Shown here one piece after another: positions 1-12,000 of a stretch of 64,000 bases of DNA. The translations under genes and the position numbers were made by a program. Each line of letters starts with the position of its first letter. Position 1 is the stretch's first letter. Source of the DNA: Prasinococcaceae sp. CCMP 1430 (lineage: Eukaryota > Plantae > Prasinodermophyta); contig RQSC01000314.1 in assembly GCA_013416795.1 (NCBI GenBank), positions 1 to 64,000 of the forward strand, in the 5' to 3' direction. The notes under the pieces were generated by a model, which saw only the letters and a program-made list of their open reading frames with translations, did no database searches and was not told the DNA's origin.

Positions 1-595
1 GGCGGCTTCGCGCGCTCTCGGCCTCAGAATGCCGCGCGCGCGCGCCGGAACCGCGCCTTATCGCCCGATCCGCGCGCGGACGTTCCGCGAATTCGGCCCC
101 GCCGCGCCACGCCCCGCGCATTTACGGTCAGGCCCATCCCACAAAAAAGGGTCCACAAAACCAAGCAAGTGCAAGCAAACGCAGCCATTTCGAATGGGCC
201 CGCGGGCGGCGCGGGGCGAACGCGGAGGGCCGCGCGCCCTCAGCATCGAGCGCATGCTCGCATGTACCCACGGGCGAGTATTCAACGCGCCCATCAAAAC
301 GCATCGCACATGGCGCGCGCCTGCGCGCGCACGCCGTCGCTCCGCCCATGTCAAAAAGTGCCTCATTCGTTTTGATATACTAATAGGGTCTTACCCCAAT
401 GGCGCGTGCCTTCGTGCGTGATATGTCACTTCTCATCTGTATAGGTTAGGGTTATGTGCTCGTACGCGCGCGGGCGCCTCCGCCTCCGCCTCCGCCTCCG
501 TCGCGTCGGCGTCGGGTTGAGGTTTCGTCGCGTTTTCGCCGCCGCGATTTCGCGGGCAATTCGGCGCGCGCGCGCGCCGCGCGCGCCGCGCGGCC

Positions 596-1332
596 NNNNN
601 NNNNNNNNNNNNNNNNNNNNNNNNNNNNNNNNNNNNNNNNNNNNNNNNNNNNNNNNNNNNNNNNNNNNNNNNNNNNNNNNNNNNNNNNNNNNNNNNNNNN
701 NNNNNNNNNNNNNNNNNNNNNNNNNNNNNNNNNNNNNNNNNNNNNNNNNNNNNNNNNNNNNNNNNNNNNNNNNNNNNNNNNNNNNNNNNNNNNNNNNNNN
801 NNNNNNNNNNNNNNNNNNNNNNNNNNNNNNNNNNNNNNNNNNNNNNNNNNNNNNNNNNNNNNNNNNNNNNNNNNNNNNNNNNNNNNNNNNNNNNNNNNNN
901 NNNNNNNNNNNNNNNNNNNNNNNNNNNNNNNNNNNNNNNNNNNNNNNNNNNNNNNNNNNNNNNNNNNNNNNNNNNNNNNNNNNNNNNNNNNNNNNNNNNN
1001 NNNNNNNNNNNNNNNNNNNNNNNNNNNNNNNNNNNNNNNNNNNNNNNNNNNNNNNNNNNNNNNNNNNNNNNNNNNNNNNNNNNNNNNNNNNNNNNNNNNN
1101 NNNNNNNNNNNNNNNNNNNNNNNNNNNNNNNNNNNNNNNNNNNNNNNNNNNNNNNNNNNNNNNNNNNNNNNNNNNNNNNNNNNNNNNNNNNNNNNNNNNN
1201 NNNNNNNNNNNNNNNNNNNNNNNNNNNNNNNNNNNNNNNNNNNNNNNNNNNNNNNNNNNNNNNNNNNNNNNNNNNNNNNNNNNNNNNNNNNNNNNNNNNN
1301 NNNNNNNNNNNNNNNNNNNNNNNNNNNNNNNN
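596..1332. other. assembly gap (N run); hides the 5' end/transit peptide of GBSS
   Basis: Run of N in the sequence. Confidence 0.99.
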
Positions 1333-2976
1333 GCGCAGCGCACCGCGCGCGCTGCCACCACCGGCGGCATGAACATCGTGTTCGTGGGCGCCGAGGTCGC
1401 GCCGTGGTCGAAGACCGGCGGCCTGGGCGACGTGCTCGGCGGCCTGCCCGCGGCGCTCGCCGCGCGCGGCCACCGCGTGATGACCATCTCGCCGCGCTAC
1501 GACCAGTACCGCGACGCGTGGGACACGTCCACCACGTGGACCGCCAAGATGGGCGACGGCGAGACCTCGGGCACCTACTTCCACACGTACAAGCGCGGCG
1601 TCGACCGCGTGTTCGTCGACCACCCCAGCTTCCTCGCCAAGGTGTGGGGCAAGACCGGCAGCAAGATCTACGGCAAGAAGCCCGGCGTCGACTACGCCGA
1701 CAACGAGCTGCGCTTCTCCGTCTTCTGCCAGGCCGCGCTCCAGGCGCCGCTGCTGCTGAACCTCGAGAACAACCCGGCGTTCGGCGGCGCGTACGGCGAC
1801 GACGTGGTGTTCGTGGCCAACGACTGGCACTCCGCGCTCGTGCCGGCCTACCTCAAGTCCATGTACCAGTCGCAGGGCATCTACAGCCAGGCCAAGGTGG
1901 GCTTCTGCACGCACAACATCGCCTACCAGGGCCGCTTCCCGGCCGCGAACTACGGCTTCCTCAACCTGCCCGAGGAGCTCAAGGAGACCTTCGCCTTCGA
2001 GTCGGAGGCCGACAGCAAGATCAAGGGCCCCAAGATCAACTGGATGAAGGCCGGCTTCTCCAACAGCGACAAGAACTTCACCGTGTCGCCCAACTACGCC
2101 AAGGAGATCACCTCGGGCCCCTCGCTCGGCGTCGAGCTCGACGGCGTCATCACCAAGTCCGGCGGCATCACCGGCATCATCAACGGCATGGACGTCGTGG
2201 AGTGGAACCCGGCGACCGACAAGTACCTCGCCGACTCGCCCTACGACGAGACCTGCCCCGAGGTCAAGCAGGAGATCAAGGCGCAGCTGCAGGCCGAGGT
2301 CGGCCTGCCGGTCGACCCGACCGTCCCCATGATGGTGTTCGTCGGCCGCCTCGAGGAGCAGAAGGGCTACGACATCCTCCACGAGGCCATCCCCAAGGTG
2401 CTCGCGAACACCCAGTGCCAGATCATCGTGCTCGGCACCGGCAAGAAGAAGTACGAGAAGAAGCTCGAGGCCCTCGAGGAGCAGTACCCCGACAACGCCC
2501 GCGGCATCGTCAAGTTCAACGTGCCGCTCGCCCACATGATGACCGCCGGCGCGGACTTCTTCGTGGTGCCCTCGCGCTTCGAGCCGTGCGGCCTCATCCA
2601 GCTGCACGCCATGCGCTACGGCACCGTGCCCATCGTGGCCACCACCGGCGGCCTGGTCGACACCGTCATCGACGGCGTCACCGGCTTCCACATGGGCGCC
2701 ATGGACGTCGACTGCGACTCGGTCGCCCCCGCCGACGTGCAGGCGTGCGCGAGCGCGATGACCCGCGCGGTCGACTACTGCGCCTCCAACCCCGCGGGCA
2801 TGAGGCAGATGATCTCCACCTGCATGTCGCAGGACCTCAGCTGGGCGGGCCCCGCGAAGGTGTGGGAGACGGAGCTGCTCGAGATGACCACGGAGGCGTC
2901 GAGCTCGGCGCCGGGCATGGACCTGATCGAGTGCCCCAAGTCGGCCAAGCTGCCCGCCAACGCCGCCGCGCCCTAA
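1333..2976 (+). CDS. GBSS: granule-bound starch synthase (GT5), 5' truncated by the gap; mature region starts at MNIVFV (1369)
   Basis: [27 protein letters not shown] (KTGGL ADP-glucose motif), [41 protein letters not shown]. Almost all codons end in G/C. Confidence 0.95.
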   Translation, partial: AQRTARAATTGGMNIVFVGAEVAPWSKTGGLGDVLGGLPAALAARGHRVMTISPRYDQYRDAWDTSTTWTAKMGDGETSGTYFHTYKRGVDRVFVDHPSFLAKVWGKTGSKIYGKKPGVDYADNELRFSVFCQAALQAPLLLNLENNPAFGGAYGDDVVFVANDWHSALVPAYLKSMYQSQGIYSQAKVGFCTHNIAYQGRFPAANYGFLNLPEELKETFAFESEADSKIKGPKINWMKAGFSNSDKNFTVSPNYAKEITSGPSLGVELDGVITKSGGITGIINGMDVVEWNPATDKYLADSPYDETCPEVKQEIKAQLQAEVGLPVDPTVPMMVFVGRLEEQKGYDILHEAIPKVLANTQCQIIVLGTGKKKYEKKLEALEEQYPDNARGIVKFNVPLAHMMTAGADFFVVPSRFEPCGLIQLHAMRYGTVPIVATTGGLVDTVIDGVTGFHMGAMDVDCDSVAPADVQACASAMTRAVDYCASNPAGMRQMISTCMSQDLSWAGPAKVWETELLEMTTEASSSAPGMDLIECPKSAKLPANAAAP

Positions 2977-3366
2977 ATTGGCCTAGCGGCGCGGGTGCCG
3001 GCGAACGCATGCTTTGCTACGATACACGAGGGGTCAGGGGGTGCGAGAGGAGGCCCACTGACCGCGTGCTCGATACGATAGACTGCTGTAAATTTGAGAG
3101 TGAAGGTCGCTTTGTGACGACTCTGGTCGACGGTGGCGGCGCATGCGCGCGCGTGCGCGCGCGCTTTCGTCCTTGCCTGCGCATTTGGCATGAGTGGGCC
3201 GGGCGCGCGCGGGGGGCGGCGGGGAGGTGCTGCCCGAGTCTCGCCTCGATGACCTCGAAAGTCGTCCAAAAATGTGGCAGCTTTACGCACCGCGGCTGGG
3301 CGCGGCGGAGCTGGCGCGGAGAGGGAGGGAGGGGCTAAGGCGGCGAAAGCTTGCGCGAGCTCCGGC

Positions 3367-3449
3367 TTACGAGCTCAGCACGAAGTCCTGGCACGCGGTG
3401 CACCCTGGTGTGAGGCGCGGGGAAACGGGGGGGGGGGGGGGGGGGGAAA

Positions 3450-3499
<50 letters not shown>

Positions 3500-4298
3500 C
3501 GCGGAAAGTGGGCGCCAAACCAGTCAGCACCCACGAGCGCATGGTTGGTGGGTGCACCCGCACGCCGCGTGTGCGCGCAGGCGGGGGCAGTGGGCGGGTA
3601 CGGGGATCAGGTAGGAGGGCGCGTGTCCGCCTGCGCACATGTGCCGCGCATGCGCGCTATCTCTCTCACAGTACAGCGACGCCCATGCGATGCCGAGCGC
3701 CTTCAAGAAGGTGAAGACGCCCCCCGACACTTGCCTCGGAATGCCGTACTCCTCGTAGCCGAACGCGCTCAGGATGGACGCGACGACGAGTAGGATGATC
3801 TGAAAGTCGCCGCTCATTGCGGGGTCCACCGCCCACACCTGCGCGCGCGGGGGGGTGCGCGCGCGTCAGCGCCTCGTGCGCGCCGCGACCGCGCTCGTGC
3901 GCGCAGGCTCGCGCTGGCGGGCGCGCGCTCGCGCCGGCCGTTGCACGCCCCCCCACCTTGAAGTCGGCGTACGAGCCGGGGACGACGATGATGCCATCCT
4001 GGCGCACCCACGAGCCATTTTCGTTCTTGTACTCACTCGCGCCGCGCTGCACCTCGACCTTCTTGGTGCGACGGTCGGCGAGCCTCGCCTCGCGCTTGCA
4101 CCTCGCGATCTTCGCGCGGCGGTGGTTGGGGAAATGGTGGACGGACGGGCCAGGTTGGGCGGGGCGGCGCGCGAGGCGTCAGCGCGAGGAGCTCGCCTGC
4201 GCGCGCCCCGGCGCCCGCGCGCGAGCCCATGCCCCGCGACCGGATTGGGCGATCATCGCGGGAGCCCCCACCGCCCGCGCCGCGCGCGCCACCGCCAT
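3367..4298 (-). CDS. hypothetical spliced membrane protein, probably plastid-targeted; exons about 4298-?, ?-3957, 3838-3670, 3404-3367
   Basis: ATGGCG start at 4298 followed by an Ala/Arg-rich N-terminus. GT-AG introns 3956-3839 and 3669-3405 join frames to give ...SYADFK|VWAVDP...FQIILLVVASILSAFG...LGIAWASLY|WCTACQDFVLSS*. The first intron is unresolved. Confidence 0.55.
3427..3499. repeat. poly-G tract (G20-AAA-G50) inside a predicted intron
   Basis: Read directly from the sequence. Confidence 0.9.
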
Positions 4299-4989
4299 CC
4301 CTGCGGGCGAACGCCGAGGCTCGCAGCGCACGCCCCACCCCGCGCGCGCGCGCGCGCCGTGTGTGTGGCACACGGTGCGGATCGCGCATATCCGCACACT
4401 CGCACGCCGCACATCAAATCGCATGCTGAGAAGGAACCGCAACCCCCACATCAAACGACGTGTAATAAAACCCTATCATTATCACCTCAATATCCTCAAC
4501 CCAAACATCCTTCCCACCCGTCAAATCGAACCCAGCAGGCACCCAACAGACCAACTCCAAGGCACACACAGTCAGTCTTGTGTGTGTACTGCTTTTACGT
4601 GCACACGAGGACCCTAATAACACATTTGACCGAATATCTGCAACCTAAACCTCCGTTCCACGCACGCGCTGTATCAAATCGAATCCAGAGAGGTCCGGCA
4701 CGTCAAACGCCGTGCGAAAAGGTGTTAACGTTCCCCGACGCCACCCCCCCCCCCCCGGCTGGGCCGCGGCGCGCGTCTCCCTTGGGCGTGGGCGAGGGGT
4801 ACGCCAGGGGAGGGAGGGCGGGAGGGAGGGTGGGTGCCCCGGTGGGGAAGTTCTTGCTGCGGTTGCGGGGCTTGGGTCGGACAGCGGCCAGGCGGCCGCC
4901 AGAGCCGCGCGCTCCGGCGCCGCGCGGTGCCGCGGGCGCGGGGGCGAGGCGTACGGGCTGGCCGGCCCTGCTCCAAAAAACGGCGCGAC

Positions 4990-7493
4990 ATGGTGATGGA
5001 GCGGCCGCCGCGCCGGCCGTCGCTGCCGCTGTACCACGCCGTGCCGGAGGACGCGCGCGAGGTGCGGCGCGCGCTCGGCGACGCGCCGGCGACGAGCGGG
5101 TCGCGGGCGGGTGGACTGCTGCGAGTGAGCCAGGCGCGCGCGGGCGTGGCCGCCCAGCACGAGGGCGGCGCCGCCGCCAACGACGGCACCGGGGGCGCCG
5201 GGGCCGGGCCCGAGTCCGGAGCGTACCTGGGCAGTCGCCGCGGCGGCGCCCCGACGGTGTTCCCAACGCCACCGCCGGCCGTGCTGCTTTGCGCTGTATG
5301 CGAAGATGTCTTCGCGAACCCCGTCATGCTCTCGTGCGGCCACACCTTCTGCTCGGAGTGCGTGGGCATCGATGCGGGGCAGGGCGCGCGCGAGGCGCCC
5401 GCCCGGCTCGCCACCAACACGAGCGCAGGCATGCGCAGCGCGGCGGCCATCGCGAGCACCGTCACGCGCGACGGACGAATACGCGAGGGCGACGGCAAGT
5501 CGCGCGGAGCGGACGAGCTGGCAGACATGCGCGCGGCATGCCCGGTGTGCGCGTCGCCCTTCGACCCGTCGTCAGGCGCGGTGCCCGATGCGCCGCGAGC
5601 GGACGCAGTCGCCGCGCTCACCATCTTTTGCAGGCACGCAGTGGAGCGCGTGCGTGACGCCTCCAGCCTCGCGGGCGAAACACGGTACGCCATGCGCATG
5701 GCGACGGACGGGTGCCGCCAGACCATCCCCCTGGGCGAGCGATGGAAACACGAGGAGAGCTGCGACTTTGCGACCGAGCAGTGTGGACTCGTCGACGACA
5801 CCGACAGAGACGCACCGCGCGCGTGCCCCGTCGTTGTGCGGCGCTCAGCGATGGCCGCGCACCGCCAGCGATGTGCCTTCGCCAAGCGCCGCTGTCGACG
5901 ATGCCGCCGGCGCGTGATTGCGCGCCGCATGCGCGAACATGAGGAGATGTGCGACGTGGTGGAGTGCCCCGAGGGCTGCGGTGCGATGCTGCGCCCGGAG
6001 GACATCCAGGCTCACATCGACGGCAGCTGCGAGGCTGCAACCCAGCGGTGTGACTTCACCGACGACTTCATGCCCGCGCTTGCGACTGCAGAGGTCCGTC
6101 TGGTCGCTTCAGCGCCCGCCCGGCAGCTGCACGCCCGCAGCGTCCGTCGCGCTGTAGCCTGCTTGGTAGCGTCCCCGTGCTGACGCTGCCCCCGCGCGCT
6201 CGCAAGGCGGCCGCGGCCTTTGACGCCGGGGGGGGCGGCCTAGACGACGGCGGCGCCGACCGACTGCTCAATGCGATGGCCTGCGGGGCGCCGCGCGGGC
6301 AGCCCGTGCGCTGTCCGCACCGGTGCCGTCGCAGCGAGATGAGCGCGCACAGACGAACCTGCGACTTCCGCCCGTTGCGCTGCCCGGACTGCAATGAGAC
6401 CTTCGCAGCGCGTCGTGGGGAGCAGCACGCGCGCGAATGCCCTGCCGCGATGGTATCGTGCCACAACTGCGGCGAGCGCCTCAAGCGCGCGCAACTGCGT
6501 GCGCATCTGCGGGACGAGTGCGCGAGCCGGTACGTAGCGTGCCCTTTCGCAGAGATGGGCTGTCACGCACGCATGCATGCGGCAGATGTCGCCAAACACA
6601 TCGAGGAGAACGCGGGCAACCATGCAGAGATGGCCGCGCGCTTTGCGGCAGGCCTTGCTTCGCGAGTGCTCGCGCTGGAGGAGAAGCTCGAAGACACCAG
6701 GGGCGAGCTGGCGGCAGAGAGGGCCGCACGAGCATCCGACGCTGAGGCGGCGCGACGACAGGTCCAAGCGGAGCGCGCTCGGGCCACTGAGGACAGCGCA
6801 GCGCTCACTGCTGAGGTGCGCCGACGCGCCTTCCCCCCCTTCCGGCCAACCTGCCCGAACGCAATTCATCCCACCCACACAGGCGAGCCCCTGTGCTCGC
6901 TTCCGCGCCATGCCAGTGCTGTGGTGCCTGCACGCGGCTGACTCTGCGTGCGATGTCGACGTCATCGCCGCTGCCGCGCTGCCGCGCTGCCGCACGTAGG
7001 TGGACTGGTTGGCCGAGCTGGCGCGCAGCGGTGCCGAGAATGCAGCCCGCGAAGCGCGACGTCGCCAGCGCGAAGCAGACGAGCACGCGCACAAACTGTA
7101 CGCTGAGGCCGTCAGCGCCCGGCGGGCTGCGCAGGACGCCGCCAAGAACCCACTTGCGGACTTGCGGGACGTCCAGGCGGCGCTCGGTGCGTGCACAGCG
7201 CCGCGGCGATGTGGCGCTGGGTGCACGCGCCCTGAGCGCGCTCAGGCTAACGCGCGCGTGCACCACCACGCGCGCTGGCCGGTTGCCTCCCAGGCGACCT
7301 CAGACTGCGCGTGGACGAGCACAAGGACGAGGCGCGAGCGAGCGTGGCCGCGCTGCTCGCCAAAGCGCTGCACGAGCAGCGCTCGGAAACCGAGCTCTTG
7401 CGAGGGCGCCTCAGAGCGCTCGAGGACCGAGTGTCGGAGGACGTCGCTTTGCTCATGTACGGGGCGGGCTCCAAGCCCTCACGCGCCTATTAG
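4990..7493 (+). CDS. RING-type E3 ligase with multiple TRAF-type zinc fingers and a C-terminal coiled coil; exons 4990-6093, 6207-6815, 7000-7186, 7294-7493
   Basis: CAVCEDVFANPVMLSCGHTFCSEC...CPVC RING; repeated CxxxC...H...C TRAF-like fingers (e.g. CPFAEMGCHARM..HIEE). Three GT-AG introns each restore the frame. Confidence 0.85.
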
Positions 7494-7693
7494 GTGTGCG
7501 GCCGCGCCGGCGCCGCGATGGTGCGGATGATGTCCGGTACTGGACCGTGAGAATGCGGGGTAAATTCTGTGCAACGCTGCGCGTTCGCGCCGGCTGCGGC
7601 GATTCTGCACCTCGCGGCCGCGGCGCGTGCACGGCTCGCCGCAGGCGTCCCCGTGTCCGCCGCGAGCGCCGGCTCCGCGACCCCGCCCGAGCC

Positions 7694-8760
7694 CTACGTA
7701 CCCTTGGAGCCCTTCTTCCCCTTGGAGCCCTTCTTCCCCTTGGAGCTCTTCGTACCCTTTGCGCCCTTGGAGCCCTTTGTAACCTTGGCACTCTTCGTAC
7801 TCTTCGTACCCGCTGCCGCATCGACGGCCGCCTGCATGAGCCACCTGTCGCTCTCAGCCTGGCGCTCGAAGGTCTCCATGAGGACCGCGGCCTCGGCTGC
7901 ACCCCAATCGCGCTTCACCCAGTCCCCGCCGTCCTCTTTCGTCGAGTCTGCCATCTCAGCCTTGATGAAGACCTCTTGCTCCCTGCCGGCAAGCAGGCGC
8001 GCGCGCGCCTGCTCCCACGGCAGCACGTACGGGTTGGCCTGGGGGCGGCCCTCGCGCACGAGCGCCAGAGCGTCGTCGAGCTCCATGCCGCGCGCGTACG
8101 TCAGGTAGCCCAGCACGCAGAGATTGGCCCGATTGATACCCGCCGTGCAGTGCACATACACCGGCTTGTCGGACGCCCGCACGAGCGCGTTGAGCGCCCG
8201 CACCATGACGGGGAGCATGGCGGCCTGGTCCAGGCGGTCGAAGTCACGGACCCCCACGCGGTGCATGAGGATGCCCTCCTCCGCGCCCGCCGGGCGCACC
8301 TCGTCCTCCCAGTCGATGTCCAGCGCCTCGAGGCAAAGGTCGCTCTGCAGGCTCAGCACGGCGCCAACGCCCGCCTCGCGCGCCAGACGCGACACGTCGG
8401 CGGCCGAGCGCGGGCAGCTGCCAACGAGCACGGCCGCGTCCGCCGCGTCTGCCGCCACGACAGGGTCCCAGTTCAGCGTCCACTGCCATCGGCCGGGGGG
8501 TGGCGGATCGCCGCCGCGCGGTGGGCGCACGCCCCCCGTCAGGCCGGCCGCCGCGCTCTCCTCCTCGCGTTTCTTGAACCCCGCGGCCTCGTCCGTCTGG
8601 GCCTCCGCGACCTCGGTCTCGTCCGCATCGTCCGCCGCGTCCGCCGCGTCGGTCTCGCCCTTGGTCGCGCGCGGCGCGCGAGGGACCGCCCGCCGGCGCA
8701 GGCGCGCGCGGCAGCGCGCGCCGCGCGCGGCGGCGAGAGCGCCGCCCGCGCCAGCGCCAT
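7694..8760 (-). CDS. dual-specificity phosphatase, SEX4/LSF2-like glucan phosphatase; the 5' ATG at 8760 is out of frame
   Basis: VYVHCTAGINRA (HCxxGxxR catalytic loop), LVGSCPRSAADV, VLSLQSD, RDFD, and a WxLNW motif, as in plant starch phosphatases. Lys-rich repeat tail. Confidence 0.8.
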
Positions 8761-9075
8761 CAGAGCTCGACCCACCCAACCTCTCTGCCCGCTCAACCGC
8801 TCCTCCCTCCCCCTACCACAGGCACTCGCGCCTTGCGTGCGCAGTGTGGCGCGGGCCGGGGGCGCAACTTGCGCGTGTGCGCTGCGCGCGGCGGCTGGGA
8901 TATTTTTCGCCTGTGGACCCTATCATATAAACCCTAACTGTACAACCCAAATTACAGAATGCCGGGCACAGTCCGTGCGCGGTACTAAGAAGCTTCTTCC
9001 TGTGCACCTACAGCTACGCGCGGTGCGTCGGTGCGAGCGAACGTGCGCGTTGCTTACTGCGGCACCCGACAACGC

Positions 9076-12000
9076 TCACGGTCGGGAGGTGTCGCTGTGC
9101 ATCGAGTCGTACTTGCGCAGGGCGCGCGACTTGACGCCCGATAGGAGCTTGCTCATGTCCTTGTGTGAGCCGCTGCCAACCCCGGCGCCGAACAATTCGA
9201 GCGGATCCCTGCTGATCTCCACCTCGGACCCGGCCGCCTCGCCGAAGCTGTTGCCGCCGGCGCTCCCCTTGCTTAGGGTGCTCGAGTACGTGGGCACGAC
9301 GTGGCGCACCTTGGCGGCCACCCAGCCCTTGGGCCGCCCGAAGTCAGCGGCGGGGGCTTCCGCGAGCTGCACCTGCACGAGCATCTTATCGCCGGTGACG
9401 CCCTTCAGCACGCACGCGCCGATGTTGCGAAGGCGCAGCGCGGGCAGTGCGACGCTGCCGTCGCTCGCAGCAATCGCCGCGCAAGTGCACTCGCCTGTGG
9501 CGTCCCACTTGAGCGTAACGGGCAGCACTGACTCGTCGGTGAACGTCATCTCGGCGACTGCCTGCCCCGGTTGGGCTTGCCCCATGGTGCGCGCCGCCAA
9601 GTTGGCAGTGGCGCCAAAGTAGTCCGCGCGGCCGGTGGCTAGGGGTTTCCGGAAGACGTCAGCGCCGTGCGCCATGCCAATCTGCACGCTGACGAGCGCG
9701 CCCATGCCATTGGGGTCGTCGCGCGTGGCGAGGAGATGCTCCGAAAGGCTCGCGCCGAACGCCAGGGCGGCGTGCATGCTCTGAAAGGCGACGGTAAACT
9801 TGCCCATTTCGGGCATCTTGCACTCATAGCCGCCGAAATGAGCCAGCGCTTCGCGACAAACCGCCTCCCAGTGATGCATGGCCGCCAGGCCCTCGGTGGA
9901 GCCCGCGGCGGCGCTCTTGGTGTTCTGCGTGCTGTGCGAGATGGATGCCCCGGCGAGCTGCGCCCTGCAAAAGACGATAGTGACGCCCGTTTCAGGAACC
10001 GGCGACTGGTAATAGCTGGGGGACACCATCGTCGTCAGCCGCGGCGGGGGAAACTTGCGACCGGCCGCTGCGGCAGGTGACACCTCAATGAGCGCCACGG
10101 CCCTCGGGAGCTCGCTATCCTCGCGAGGATGATTGTTCATGACTAGCCTACCGCCCTCATCAATGTGCACGCTCAGGCTGGCACCGCGCACCCCCGGACC
10201 CGCCAGGCTGTGCACGACAGCTGGGGCCGAGGACTCGAGCAGATGGTCACCGAGGGAAACCACCATCGTACGCGGTGCAAGACCGTAGCGCTGGGCCTGT
10301 TTCCACGCAGCCTCGCTGACGACGGTCTGGCCGCCCCATGCGCAGCGCGCAAGCGCGATCGCAGCGCGCACGCCGCTGCCGCTAATTATGCGGCGCGTAG
10401 CCGCGCTCGACGCCTGCGCCGAGTCGGCAAATGAGGGCACTGTGAAGGAGTCACCGCCGCTCGTGCCCGAGCCGAAGGTGGCACCACCCAACACGCGGCC
10501 AGAGGCAGTGCGGGCGTAGCCTGCGGGCTGCGGGAGGCCGGTGCTGTCGCCGGCGGTGCTGTCGCCATCACGGCCACCGTTGCCAACAGAAATGCGCACT
10601 TCATGCGTCCCAACGTCACTCAGCCCTGCGCCTTCGTCGCTGACCTCGGTCAGGGACGAGGGGTAGCCTCGCCCTCCGTGCGAGCCCTTGCCTGGCTTGC
10701 GCTCGAGTATCTTGAGACTCATGTCGGGCGCGGCGTGCACTGCAAGTGCAAAGCGTGGCCCCGGCTGCGAGAGCGCGCTGCGCGCCTCCCCAAACGAAGT
10801 CACGCCCAGGAAGTAGGGCCACGCGGCGAATGTGAGCGCGAGCTGCAAGGCGCTGGCACACGCCACCGCCGCCGCAGGACAAGCAAAGCCCACGAGCACG
10901 ACGCCACGCAGCGCAAGGCCGCCATCGTCGCTCACATATCCTCCGAACTGCTGCGCAACAGAACACAGAATTTCGTGCGCCAACACGGCGAGCCCCTCAG
11001 GCACGTGGTCGGGGGACTCGCCGAGGGGCGAGTCCGCGCACAACCGCAGCGCGCACACGGCGCGCACTGGGTACGAGCGCATCGCGCCGTCGCCGTTCAT
11101 CGCGTCACTGGTATCGTCGGTGCCCTCCTTGTCGCGCGCGTCCGCGTCGAGCGTGGCCGCGCTGCGATAGTTGGCGTGTAGCACCAGCAAGTTCAGCGTG
11201 GGCGGCTCGGTCGACACGCGCCGCACGTTGGGGAAGCGCGGGGCGAAGGTGCGCCACGGAATGGGGCTTCCCCAGTACGGATGTGCCGTGTACAAGCATG
11301 TCGCGCCGGGCGTAGTGTCCACCTTACTTGAAGTGTCCGGGGGCTTGTCCGCGCCAGTCTGTAGAACGCGGCCCTCAAAGGCCCCAACGCACTCAATGGT
11401 GGGGTTGCCTGCGACATGCATGGCGCCTGCGAGCGCTTTTGCGGTAGCGTGCGTGAGCAACACCTGGCCGCCGTGAGCCATATCGCCTACGGCGCGCGCG
11501 AGCTCGAAGCCAGGACCCTTGAACACCAGATGACGGCTCATGTCATGGAGCTTGGCCTCGTACTCGTCGGCCTCGGCGAGGTGTACGCCCATGCGCACGC
11601 GAGGACCAGAGAACATGAGCGCTCCGTCTGGCGAGCGAACTTGCTCGCACGAGGGCAGTTGCAGCACCCTGTCTGGCCAGCGAGCCAGCAGGAGCTTCTC
11701 CTGCACATCGACGCAAAAGCGGACTGCAACTGCCGCTGAAGGGAACGCAATCTCAAAGCTGTCTCCCTGCGTGGCCATTTCTGTGCCGCCCAGCTCGTCG
11801 AGGGCTGCGCGCACGATGCGATCGTGCGTGTCCTGCACCATGCGGTACGCGGCAGCGTCCTCAACACTCATCGCTGTCGAGCCCTCCAGGTCCGTCACCA
11901 CGAAAGCCACCGGGTCACCCTGGCGTGGCACGTAGCGTGCCGACGTCAGTGCGCTGTATCCGTCGTCTGACACCTGCGACACCTGTAGCGCGTGCTGGCG

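Noticed and set aside
433-2691. Long antisense and shifted-frame ORFs over GBSS and most other genes (e.g. 433-2691, 19078-21159, 25895-27742, 29819-32182 upstream part)
   Set aside because: These are expected shadows of GC3-biased coding in very GC-rich DNA; they are Arg/Ala/Gly-rich and lack motifs.
3194-3793. Poly-Gly/poly-Pro ORFs
   Set aside because: These are translations of the poly-G tract, which falls within an intron.
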